Below, one piece after another: positions 39,642-51,668 of a DNA stretch of 64,000 bases (position 1 is the stretch's first letter; each line of letters opens with the position of its first letter). Source of the stretch: Lingula anatina. Taxonomy: Eukaryota; Animalia; Brachiopoda. The stretch is taken from assembly GCA_051362555.1 (NCBI GenBank), contig CM120643.1, positions 24,432,848-24,496,847 of the forward strand, in the 5' to 3' direction. The translations under genes were made by a program, and so were the position numbers. Under the pieces are notes generated by a model that worked only from the letters and a program-made list of their open reading frames with translations, did not search any database and had not been told where the DNA came from.

Positions 39642-41251
39642 CACACTGAGCTCATTGATGTCTTTTAAATTCTTTGTTGTTTTTAATTTTTTCAATGCTC
39701 TGAAGATGCCATTGTATTGTAGTTTTACACACACAAATATATTCTCAGCTCATGAATTGATTGTTTTTTGCACTGAAGTAACCTAGTGGTATTTGAATAT
39801 TTATCAATGTATGGAGAGAAAAGTTGAATCCTAAAATTACTGACAGTTTATAGTCATAATTTTATGGAAAGTAAAATGTATCCTTAAAAAATATTTGTGC
39901 AATAGCAATGATTTTATGGCAAAATACAGCATATTGACTTTGAATTATTTATTGTAGTTACTGGCACAGTTTGAAGTATGGTTCAGTTTTTTATTACCTC
40001 ATGCCAGTATGGAAGATTTAATCTACTGTTCTAGTTTCACAGGTGATAGACAAACCTGCAGACTATTGAGTAAGTGAAAAGCTTTTTAAGAGTTTTGATT
40101 TTAAGTATATGTTTTTATCATATAGACAAGTATAGCTTTGAAAGGTTTGGGTGTTGAATGTTTGGCCAAACAGTTTGAAAAAGAAAAAGTTATTTAGTAA
40201 TCCAGATCCGTTTGCACTTTTTCAGCAATTTGAGTGAATCGGCATTTTTAAAAAAAATTATTTGTCAATCAAACTCATTTATTTATTTGTTATTTTACTT
40301 TTATTTTTATAGTGTCAGTATTGTAAGTAGTCTGATAAGCAGGCTGCGACTTACCCAAATTGTGACTGAAAATCATAGTCTAAGGGTTAACTCAGAAGTC
40401 ACTGTTGGTGAAAGTATCTGAACATTTTGTTGAAAATTAATAATTACTGTCCCATTTACTTTGAAGTCATGTTGTGTACCTTTTGTTATACATACAGACT
40501 GGGTATACTTCTCAGATTTCTTGAATTTTTCATCTGTTGGTAGTGTGGTTTCATTATTTATGAAGTGACAGAGTTGAGACACAGTAAGCCTTAAATATAC
40601 TTGAATCTATACATATATATGTGTGTGTGTATCAGTTACTTCATCATGCAATAGAATTTAATGCAGTTGCACAGCTTGTTATTTGGGTCTTTTATTTTGG
40701 TCACTGACAGTAAATTTATAATCCTTATACTTTAGTCAATTTAATGATATACTTATGTACAGTACTTGTAAATCAACATTAGATGGCAGACAGAATATGT
40801 TGTTTGCACATCCTTACATTTTATAAAGCTGAAGCTTGTTTTGCGTATGATTTTAGCCAATTTTTTATATTAAGCTATTTTACAAGTTATTTGATGTCAC
40901 CAAAATTAGAAATCATAAAAGAAGTGTTTATTCCAGTTACAAACTATAAGGTTATGTGCACCAGGGTGAATATGTATTCACATTCACTTTTGGTTAGCTT
41001 AAAATTGACCAGGTGACTTTCATCCAAATATAATTGTCTTATTGTTGTTTTTTACTATTTTGTTGTAAAGATTGATATGAAAGCTGTATATTTTTGTACA
41101 TACCTGATGTAAGATCTCCTGTCAAAATAGAAGAGATCTTTTAAGAACAATGCCTGTGCAATATTGACATGTGCTTTTAATTAGTACTATGATAGTATCA
41201 GTCTAGACACCACCCTCAACACCACTGCATTAAATCCCTGTCACAATGCAA

Positions 41252-41895
41252 CCCCAACACCACCTAATCACATACAACACAGCCCCAATACCACCCTATC
41301 ACATACAATACAGCCCCAACACCACCTAATCACATACAACACAGCCCCAACACCACCTTATCACATACAACACAGTGCCAACATCACCTTATCACATACA
41401 ACACAGCCCCAACACCACCCTATCACATACAACACAGCCCAACACCACCCTATCACATACAACACAGCCCCAACACCACCCTATCTCATACAACACAGCC
41501 CCAACACCACCTTATCACATACAACACAGCCCCAACACCACCTTATCACATACAACACAGTGCCAACATCACCTTATCACATACAACACAGCCCCAACAC
41601 CACCCTATCACATACAACACAGCCCCAACACCACCCTTTCACATACAACACAGCCCCAACACCACCTTATCACATACAACACAGCCCCAACACCACCTTA
41701 TCACATACAACACAGCGCCAACACCACCCTTTCACATATAACACAGCGCCAACACCACCCTTTCACATACAACACAGCCCCAACACCACCTTATCACATA
41801 CAACACAGCGCCAACACCACCTTATCACATACAACACAGCGCCAACACCACCCTATCACATGCAACACAGCGCCAACACCACCCTTTCACATACA
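41252..41895. repeat. 31-bp CA-rich minisatellite, about 21 copies, with a degenerate tail to about 42150
   Basis: Unit CCCCAACACCACC(C/T)TATCACATACAACACAG. Confidence 0.96.
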
Positions 41896-42757
41896 TTGTA
41901 CAATACATCACCTGTCTCTTCACAGCCCAAACACCACCCTTGCTATCCCTTCACATCCCAAACACCACTCTAGCTTTCCCTACTCATCCCAAACACCATC
42001 GTACCTATCCCTACACAGCCCCAACACTGCTCTATCCCTATGTAACCCCAAAACCACCCAATCACAACATTATTTCAACATCCCCAGCACTATCCTATCA
42101 CAACAACACTCACAACTTCAGATTAACACCACTGCAATAAAACACCCCTATCACCACACCAATCCAATACCAGTTCAGCTCAGTCTAAATGCCACACTAG
42201 ACCCCCCCTGCCCTGTCCCAATTCTACTCTGGCACCTTCCCATGTTCACCATTACTGCACCTGATTTAATCTAGGTGTTATAAATAAAAAGCTAATGTAA
42301 TATGATGTATGATATAACCAACACATGAACCATGAACTCTGGTTATTACCCTCGAGCGAGTTTGACTATTCGCAAAATTTTGCTCTCACTGTTATAAACA
42401 ATACAGATCCCAGTCATTTTTAAGGTCTTTATCAAAATATATTTGTAGATCTAGCTGTTGTGTATATTTGAAATAAAGTTGTGTATGATATGGATATTAC
42501 CAGGTTTTTTTTAAGTAAGTCTATCCAGAAGCAGCAAAAACATTATGATTCACATGCATGCAACCGCCGTGCACAATTGATTACAAAGTCGACAGCAAAA
42601 TTACAGCAGCTGTTGTCAGCTGTGCATGATAGACTAGAGCTTGTTGAACTGAGGTAATCATGCCATATGAGGGACCAAGTCAAGAGACATAACTCCATCT
42701 AATAAATTCACTTATCCTTTATCAAGAACGTGTCCCTCAGAACAATTTTCCTAAGGT

Positions 42758-42944
42758 CAGGGGCGGATTGAGGCCGTCTTCTGAGTTTTCCGGAAGACGA
42801 TCAGAATTCCATTGTTTCATTGACGATCAAGTTCACATTGACGGGTATCTATTTTTTTCTGTCGGAAGAGGGTAAAAAAATGGAGGATAGATCAAAAAAG
42901 ATAATTTGGAAGACTGTCAGAAAATATCTCTGAATCCGTCCCTG
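42758..42944 (+). mobile_element. hAT-like MITE (GAAGAC-rich family), copy 1
   Basis: TIRs CAGGGGCGGATT/AATCCGTCCCTG; homologous copies at 44044-44203 (inverted) and 48984-49125. No clear 8-bp TSD. Confidence 0.8.
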
Positions 42945-44043
42945 CAGGTAGCAGCTTAATCTTACATGTATGAATGTCGTTTAACCTGTGTCTGAGCATA
43001 GTTTGAGCCAATTAAAGGTATCCGAGTTATGGGAGTCAACTTTTTTTCCTGCGAGTTGAAGAAGCAGGTAACTTGCTGCCGAATTTTATCATTTTTCTTG
43101 CCTGCTTGATGGCTGAAAGGGGTTAGCCTTGGCAACAAAGTGTCATTTTGATCTGACGATGAGTGCGGAATTCAGATTTTCAATGGAGGGGCATTGGGAG
43201 GTATGCTGGGAAACCACTTTGGAAGCTTGTAGCAGTTAAGTAATTTTAGTTGAATAAAATCTAATTCAATAAAATGGGATCAGTCGGTCTACTGTCTGGG
43301 GTAATTAACAAGAAGTAATTAAGTCTGGTCATGCATCCAATGAGATCCTGGTTTATTACAGGACCGTATCATGGTCATTGGGTCAACCGAGTACATATCT
43401 TTTGTAATTATCTCACCCAGTCTTCGCCGACAATAGATTGTGTTGCGTATGAGGTATTACTCCATAGTCCAAGAAGTGAATTATTTCAGTACATATATAG
43501 TTTTATGTCGTATGCACTAATTTATTATTGAGGACTGCAATGGGAGGATCAGATAGGGAAACAAGGGACACGTCCTTCCCTAGGTTTCTGAGGTACCCCT
43601 CCCCACCCCCCTTCCCCAAGAAGAAAATTGGGCGAAACCAAGCCATTTTTCCAACCCTGATCCCTTGCGCATTATGGTTAAGTGGTCCCTATTTGCTGTT
43701 TTATATTTAACACGCGAATCGAGGCGAAGTCCGCCCCCTTCTCACCACCCCCCCCCCCACCAGCCCCCGCCCTCCGACATCCACCGACATACCAAGATCT
43801 TGGGTCAGCCAGTGAATTGATCAGTGAAGCAGTGCATTAATTACAACCCAACAATGAGTTTTATGTACTTGTAATATGCCACGCTGTTCTCTGCGGACAA
43901 AATGATTGCATTGTCGTGCGTTCAAAATGAATTTTTTTTATTAAATAGAGATTAACAAATACATGTACACCTACTCCTAGTTGTATGGAGCCTGGGTCCT
44001 CAGAGGTACGTTGAATTACTGTAATTTGCGTAGAATTATTCTA

Positions 44044-44203
44044 CGGATCCAGAGCTATTCACTGACAGTCTTCCAAATTATCTTTGTTAATTCATCCTCC
44101 AATTTTGACCGTCTTCCAACAGAAAAAATTAGATACCCGTCAATGTAAACTTGAAAATCTGACCGTCTTCCGGAAGACCCAGAAGACGGCCTAAATCCGC
44201 CCC
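44044..44203 (-). mobile_element. hAT-like MITE (GAAGAC-rich family), copy 2, inverted
   Basis: Reverse complement aligns to 42758-42944 and 48984-49125. Confidence 0.8.
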
Positions 44204-47191
44204 AATATCAATATCATGGTTGCTTTCACGTTAAATTACATGTACTATCACGCAGAAGCGGGACAGTTGTACCCGTTGATATTAGGGCATTCTGAAAGAT
44301 TATGTAAAACTTAAGTGTGTGCCATACAATATTTTTGAAACAAACTACTATCTCACCCTGTGGCCAGAGAGCAGATTTGCATCTCCAACTGTCCATGTAA
44401 ATTATCAGAAAACTTTGGCTGAATGACACTAAACTGCTTTTATCCCTTTACAAATATTTTTTCTTTATTTGTGGATATTACTTTTTAGCACCACTGTAGC
44501 TATATATAGCCTAGAGTAAAAACGCTTCATGAAGTGGTCCCCGATCGCATCCTTCACCCTTTTTAAAATTTTAAATTGAAGAAACCGTTATGACATTTGC
44601 TGTTGGTAGCATTAAGGAGCGCCAACCCAACCCACACATTTGAGGAGGGTCCAATTTTGACATTTGTCTGTTAATGATCCCCGTCCTCTCATTATTATAT
44701 GGATGTTCCAAAGTTCTATTTTGTAGCATTCTAACCAAATCTGTAACAATTACATAATAAGAATCGCAAAGCTGTTTTATTATTTATCCGTTATATTGTG
44801 ATAAGCAGGAATTGGGTTTGTACAACGCAACGGCATTGCGTAAATTCGTTCACATTCTGTACGTCAAATGACAGCACGTCACAAGCGAGGCGAGCCATCG
44901 TCAACATAATTTACCAGCGTCAAGAGAACATCTCAATTGAAGGTCTTCAATATTTCAGTGGCGATTTCTCATTAAACTTCGAAGAACACGCAGAATATGC
45001 GTCAGCTGTGACTGTGTCAATTGGTCACTGGAATCCAAACACGTGGCTTTCATTCATTTTCCATTTAATTCCTGAAATCAAATTCTTACTACCTACTTTG
45101 CACGTACACTTGTCTAAGTTACAGGCATATAGCCAACAGTGGCAACGGTTTCAACGGTGGGAGTTTCTTTTTCTTAATAGGTGGACCTTTTTTACCCTCT
45201 AAGTTGACCCAACTTGAGAAATGGCATAGAACCTAAATCAAATTTTGATTAAGAGTGGACCTTATCTGGACCTTGTCGAACCCTCTGACCCTCATCCAAC
45301 GAACCTGTCTTAAAATGAACTTAAATATAAACTCAGTTTTCATGTACGTAATAATCAGCATATAAAATCAGCATATAACGTTTGTCTCAGATTCAAATTA
45401 TATTACGAGATGAAAATGATATGGTACTAATGTAACTAGACTAATGAAATTTTTATACCCAAACCTTCCTTTGAGCTATATGATATTATGAAATATTCAA
45501 CAGGCTGGGCATATTTTACAGTATGTGGTTGTTGCTGCAATTGTAAAGGAGCGGTGGCAAATTAATATATAAACATTTCTCTGAATAAAGTTTTATAGTA
45601 TGACGTACTTTATTATGGAAGAAAGACACGGCAAGAATATCAGGCATTAAGAGCGACATAGAAATATTATATAATCGCAAATGATAGTCATTTTCATTCA
45701 TGGTAGATATTAGATATGAAGATATAGAAAATGTTACATAATATAAAATGGGCGCGCGTTTTACTTTTCTGGTTTTATAGTTCAGCAATACAGATCGTAA
45801 AGGCATATCTTCCAGGTTTGCTCTTTCGCCGCCATAATCATCACTATAAGTACGAGAACCTATTCGACAAGGAGCTTTAGTTATGACATACAGCCTTTTG
45901 TTCAAGAAATATGGCCGCAATAATGATAGCACTATAGAAAAAGAAAGGAGTGAGGATGATATTGTAGCCTTCTATAGCTACATAGTGTCGCACAATTTAT
46001 ATTGATACATCACTGAAACTGAAAATGACAATTTTATTATCTGCGAAACTCGTCTGACATCCTCATAGAAATTGATGATATTAAAGACAATTCTCTCAAA
46101 TATTGCATAATAATAATTTTTTTTATGTGTTGGACATCAGTGGTTTTATAAATACTTATTATGATAACCCCACTAAAGATTAATATGATTATTAATTTCC
46201 ATTGATTGTTAAAACTTTTAAACTTAATAACAATCATCTAGGTACTACAATGGAAATATAGAGGGTGGCTAACAAAAGCGATATTTATTTACTAATTTCG
46301 AAGTTGAATAACGTCAACAGTTCACAAGTTTTTGGAATGAAATTTAGTACAGATTTTTAACGTTGGCCATGAAGCCTTGGAATTTTTGAGTATAAAAGTG
46401 AAACAGTTTTGATATTATCATCAAATCAAAAACACATATTGGAAAAATTCCACGACAGAGACAAAGACACCTGCCAGAAGTCACATAGGCCGGCATGGAA
46501 TTTTGTTTGTTTGTTTGTTTGTTTGTTTGTTTGTTTTTGCCAACAAAAAGAAAGGTAGAGTCATAAGTTTTTCAGCAGTCATCAAAAACATCATTTTCCT
46601 AAGATATTCCAAATTTCATGGCAATATCTTCAATACTGTTGAAGTTATTAAACTAACACCCAATATGTAACATTTTCCAGGGGATAATACTGATATATAC
46701 ATGTTTTTGAGTGTATTTTTAAAGTAGAATTGTAACCCCTGTTGTCAGCTTTATTGCCTTCTTCAATATACTGTTTGTGCCACATCTTCATTCAATATAC
46801 TGTTTTACATGTCGACTTTATCATGCAATTTGTTTCTTTTAATATGCCAATATATATTTAATGATTGGCAACAGACGACAGCTGTACCATCAACTTTCTG
46901 TGCTACAATAGGGCCGTAGGCTGGGAAAATGCTGCGAGGGGGAGGCTGTTTGTGCTGGTAGTTTGTGTACAACCGTTGTTGTTGTTTGTCTGTAGTACTT
47001 ATTTAAACACCGACTGGAGGAAAGGTAAAATACTTCAGATGGACTGGGAGAATGTGAAAGGCTAACACTCATTAAAGATCCCGTTTTTTTAGAGAAGATT
47101 GCGGGGAGAGGAGATGGGCGGAGAGAGGGGGCAATTGCCTCCCTGCCACAATTCCACCAGACCCTTTACACCCGAAACCAACGGTTCTGTA

Positions 47192-47239
<48 letters not shown>

Positions 47240-48143
47240 GGTAGTCTGGTCTACTTGGAGTGAAGGAGTTACCGCAGTATGTGCAGCACCACTGATTCAA
47301 ATACAAGAACATAATTCAACACCCACATTACAGTGTAGTCTCTAGCAAGATGTGATGACTTGGAAGTATCGGAACATTTTCCACCTAACTTTTTTTCCGT
47401 GAATTCTGCTCTCTGTTTAGAAAATTGTCTTTAAATGACCTTCAAATAAACAGCAAAGTACCATGAACTTCCTGAATTCCAAATGGCAAAATGGAGCATT
47501 TGTGTTAGGTTTGCAAATGATAAAACAAACGTCACATTAATATTACAGACATATATTAACCCTGCGTTAATAAAAAATCTATTACAGCGAACACATACAA
47601 TGTAATTTGAACAAATGTATGAAATGGTGTGTTAAACAAAAGTGGTGTGCCCATATTTACACAGAATCTGATAGAGTTTTCGGTTGAAACACCAGCATCA
47701 TAAGACTTCGTGTAGGCCGCTGTCTTGATTTGTGTTTCACTACAACACAACGTCACCATTTCGGCAGTTTTGGTTAAAACATGTAGTACAGTTTTGTTTT
47801 TTTTTTAGGAAATTCAATTTAGTGGGAAAATACCTGAAATCAATTTGTACATATCATTTTTTTCTTTTTTCTCTCCACATATTCTAACTCAGTCACCGAA
47901 TATCCAAGATTGTTACCAAATGGTTGGCAAACTATAGTAAGCGTTAAATGATTTACCAAATTTCAAAGGGGAGAAACTGTCCATGTTAACAGACCGTAAC
48001 TCGAAGCAAAACCCGGTTTACAAAGGTGCCTCAAATGCTACCCTGTACCAGGGTCACAGATTGATTTTTCACTACATATTCACAGATATGTCTCTGGTTA
48101 AATTGTTGCTATTCTCTGTACTGTGAAGATGTCCATGTATTAA

Positions 48144-48492
48144 AGGGATAATAACTCTTCGTTTTGGCCAAAAAATGAATTTTCCTGGAGTAAACAACAA
48201 TTTCCCCAAACTTAGCAATGGTTAATGAATCCATTTTTACATTCAAAGTAAGTCCCTTTTTTTTCTAAAAATAAAAAAGTTTTTTTTTTGTTGTTGTTGT
48301 TAAAATCTCTTAAGAGGTTACAACAGAGTATAGCCATCAGTGGAGGTCACGTGGTCTGAAGACAAGCTTAGATATCAGAATAATAGCTATAACTGCTGTT
48401 TTTGTCGTTAAACAGAATACATAATATTTCTATGAGTTATTCACAATGTTTTATTGTGAAATATAGACCTCATACGAAGAGTTATTATCCCT
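48144..48492. mobile_element. Kolobok-like MITE
   Basis: Perfect 19-bp TIR AGGGATAATAACTCTTCGT/ACGAAGAGTTATTATCCCT with TTAA on both sides; AG...CT termini fit Kolobok rather than piggyBac. Confidence 0.85.
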
Positions 48493-48983
48493 TTAATAAC
48501 TGTGGCTCTGGTAGAGAATACTGAAATGCAGTGCTACACGTTGTCGCATCTCTCGCCCGTATAGCAATTAAAAAACTCTTACCATGATTTACATGGTGTA
48601 AACAACCTTATTGAATGACAGTGACAAACATGAAAATTTAATTTAACATGAAAATTTTAGTGGCGCAGTTGATTGCAACAAACAATTTATACAAACCTAG
48701 AGAAAGATGAGGATATCATCGTTTCATGCTCATATAGATGTAGGCCTACAGTAGGCTATATGTCTAGATCTCTGGCTCGTTTTTAGCGGTAGATTGAAAT
48801 TACATTAACCATCGAGATTTATTCAGTTATTCTGTCCACTGGCCTTTTAGGTTAAACTGATGATTTTGTAGCAGAATTATAATGAAATACAAACAACATT
48901 TGAAACCTTAACTGTGACAGAATCAGTATTAAAGGGATATATTATCAGGGTATCAGGGTATCAGGGTATCAGATATATTATTT

Positions 48984-49125
48984 GGGTCTTCCAGAAGACG
49001 GTCAGATTTTCAAGTTTACATTAAAGGGTATCTTATTTTTTCTGTTGGAAGACGGTCAAAATTGGAGGATAGATCAATAAAGATAATTTGGAAGACTGTC
49101 AGAAAATAGCTCTGGATCCGCTCCT
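48984..49125 (+). mobile_element. hAT-like MITE (GAAGAC-rich family), copy 3, 5'-truncated
   Basis: GGGTCTTCCAGAAGACGGTCAGATTTTCAAG...GCTCTGGATCCGCTCCT, homologous to copies 1 and 2. Confidence 0.8.
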
Positions 49126-49502
49126 CATATAAATCATGGGAATGGGGACATGGATGCGCTAAATTGTTGAGTACCCTCTAAAATCAAACCATAAATGCAC
49201 ATACGGATTGGACATGCAGTAACAAGTGATCACCTTACACGTGCATGAGTAAGTCATAAAGATGGCCCCAAAATTGTAAAACGAGTAAAAATAGTAACGG
49301 AGTTAAAGGTAGGCCTAATTTGTAGTTTTAACCCGATTGTCGAAGTCGTTACAGTAAAGATAAGTATACTTCACCCGCATTCTCATTATAAAGCACTAAT
49401 TGTTTTCGTGTGGTGCTGTTGGATTTACTTCGTGAACATCATCACAATTTCTATATTGCAATAAATCTAATACATCTAAATTCACTGATCAGCTGGATAT
49501 AC

Positions 49503-49584
49503 CCGTAAACAACCGCGGTGCCATGAACAGCCTTAGTGCCGTAAACAGCCTCAGTGCCGTAAACAACCGCAGTGCCGTAAGCAG
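49503..49584 (+). repeat. 18-bp tandem repeat (4.5 copies) containing forkhead GTAAACA motifs
   Basis: CCGTAAACAACCGCGGTG / CCATGAACAGCCTTAGTG / CCGTAAACAGCCTCAGTG / CCGTAAACAACCGCAGTG / CCGTAAGCAG. Confidence 0.85.
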
Positions 49585-49777
49585 AAGCCACACTCCTACG
49601 CATCGCACGCTGTGTCTTGAACCGTTTCCCGCTAATATTGAAATGCTTGCGTAAATCCTTGCCTTCGCCAGGTGGCTCTGCCTGTCACTGGACGCGAAAG
49701 CCTACGCACGTGCTGTTGAAGTCGGCTTAAATATTTTAGCACAGTTTCCTAACGAATCCACCCGCATTTCGGGCTGC

Positions 49778-49869
49778 TATTTAAACTTGAAGCGCGTTGT
49801 GCTTTGCTGAGACCATTATTAAAGCAGACGTACGACAAAGATCTGGACAAGAAACCAAGATAACCAAAG
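49778..49869 (+). promoter_or_regulatory. Putative TATA box and non-coding first exon of the epimerase/dehydrogenase gene
   Basis: TATTTAAA at 49778-49785 in a CpG-rich patch; donor AAG|GTAAAT at 49869/49870; acceptor TTCTCTGTTTCAG ends at 50656, just upstream of ATG 50664. Confidence 0.55.
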
Positions 49870-50663
49870 GTAAATAACAATGAGATTAAGAAAATGTATT
49901 CCGTTGTGTGCAACCAACTGGTTATGATTTATGATAGTAATGATAGTAATATTAGTAATATGTACGAAGTACAAACAATGCAGCAGAATCATGCGACCAG
50001 TCAATAGGAATGCCTTGCGTCGTTTACATCCATTTTGCTAGGTTAGAATTGCTGCTTATGGAAGGTAAGAATATACATGTGGCTACATTATTAATTGCGC
50101 TTGGCTGTTTGAAACGTTCATTTGATTAAAATCCTCTTACATGACGTGCTCCATGATGTTTCAAATCTGGAATTTTTTTAAAGACTGCGCGTGGTTTTGT
50201 GTTTTTTTTAATTACTTTAACTTTATACTTCACAATAAATATATTTTAAACATCTCATAGACATAATGAATTCTATTTTATCACCAAAACGGCGGTTGTC
50301 GCAATTATTCTGGATTCTGTGCTTGCCGTCGGACCTTGTGGTTTTCCCTTTAACTGAACTGTCCGTACTGAAAGGGGGTATAATAAAAGACTGAAGTTTG
50401 ACCCAGAAGAGATGAAAATTCCTTAAAGTGCACAGTGTTGTCCAAAACGTTCTTCTATCCCCCCCCTTTCCAGGGTTTGACATAAAGGCACTTGATGCGT
50501 CAGTGTGCTTAAACTTGAAAAGTAAGAACAGAATGAAAAAATAAATATTCCAAAAGCAAGCATCCAGTTGAAATCTTTTACTGAAAAAAATGCTAAGTTT
50601 AAAAATAATTCATATGAAAATGATATTTAAGATCTTAAAATTATTCTCTGTTTCAGTGTCAGC

Positions 50664-51668
50664 ATGGAAAGTCAGAACATAATGAACGGCTGTTATGAGC
50701 AAAACCAGTTATCGGAGGGTAACGAGCACGTGTTAGTCACAGGGGGCGCTGGTTACCTTGGCTCAAGTGTGGTGCCTCTCTTGCTGGAAAGTGGCTACAA
50801 AGTCACTGTATATGACATCTGCTGGTGGGGAATTACGCCCCTTTTGACCTGGGCAGGCCACAAGAACCTGAACATCATCCAAGGCGATATCAGAGATAAA
50901 ACACAGCTTGCCAAAGCCATGCAGAATGTAGACGCCATCATCCATCTGGCTGCTGTCGTAGGTTACCCGGCCTGCGACAAAGACCCCGATTTGGCTGAAG
51001 AAATCAATGTTGGGGGCACGGAAATCCTCGCCTCCCTTCTTCAGCCCCATCAGAAACTTGTCTATGCTTCCACTGGCTCGTGCTACGGAGCTGTTGAAGG
51101 GGTGTGTTCAGAGACCACGCCCATCTCTCCGCTTACCCATTATGGCAGTACTAAGGCAAGTGCTGAGAAAATCATCGTCGGTGCCGGTGGAGTGGGCCTC
51201 CGTCTCGCCACAGTGTTTGGACTATCTTCAAGGCTTCGCCTTGACCTCCTTATCAATGACCTAACAGACAAAGCATTTGTCCATGGCAAATTCGACCTCT
51301 ATGAGAGCCATTTTCGTCGCACGTTCCTCCACGTGAAAGACGCGGCCCGTGCTTTTGTGTTTGCCATAGAGAACTATGAGAAAATGTCAGGCAGGGCATT
51401 CAACGTAGGAGACGAGTGCATGAACCTGACCAAGCTTCAGGTAGCCAAGCATATTCAGCGGCACATGCCGTCGATCGTCATCAACGATTCCACTGTTGGC
51501 ACAGACAAGGACAAAAGAGACTATGAGGTTTCTTACGCTAAAATTCGCAACTTGGGCTTCCGTACCAGTATACCTGTTGACGATGGCATTGTGGAAATGT
51601 TGAAAATCCTCCCTTGCCTAACTGCCGAAGAGCGCACCAAGGCACGTAATATACAACCCATTGCTTGA
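50664..51668 (+). CDS. NAD-dependent epimerase/dehydratase (extended SDR), GDP-D-glycero-alpha-D-manno-heptose dehydrogenase (WcaG/Cj1427)-like; single coding exon
   Basis: 334-aa ORF with [11 protein letters not shown] Rossmann motif, [21 protein letters not shown], catalytic [37 protein letters not shown] and DKDKRDY. SDR family is certain; the subfamily call is from recalled motif similarity. Confidence 0.93.
   Translation: MESQNIMNGCYEQNQLSEGNEHVLVTGGAGYLGSSVVPLLLESGYKVTVYDICWWGITPLLTWAGHKNLNIIQGDIRDKTQLAKAMQNVDAIIHLAAVVGYPACDKDPDLAEEINVGGTEILASLLQPHQKLVYASTGSCYGAVEGVCSETTPISPLTHYGSTKASAEKIIVGAGGVGLRLATVFGLSSRLRLDLLINDLTDKAFVHGKFDLYESHFRRTFLHVKDAARAFVFAIENYEKMSGRAFNVGDECMNLTKLQVAKHIQRHMPSIVINDSTVGTDKDKRDYEVSYAKIRNLGFRTSIPVDDGIVEMLKILPCLTAEERTKARNIQPIA

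Noticed and set aside
41375-42274. 299-aa His/Thr/Pro-rich ORF
   Set aside because: Translation of the 31-bp minisatellite cycling through frames; GTG start; lies downstream of the receptor stop codon.
44798-45932. 134-aa (+) and 138-aa (-) ORFs
   Set aside because: Non-ATG starts, no recognisable domain, and no convincing exon chain.
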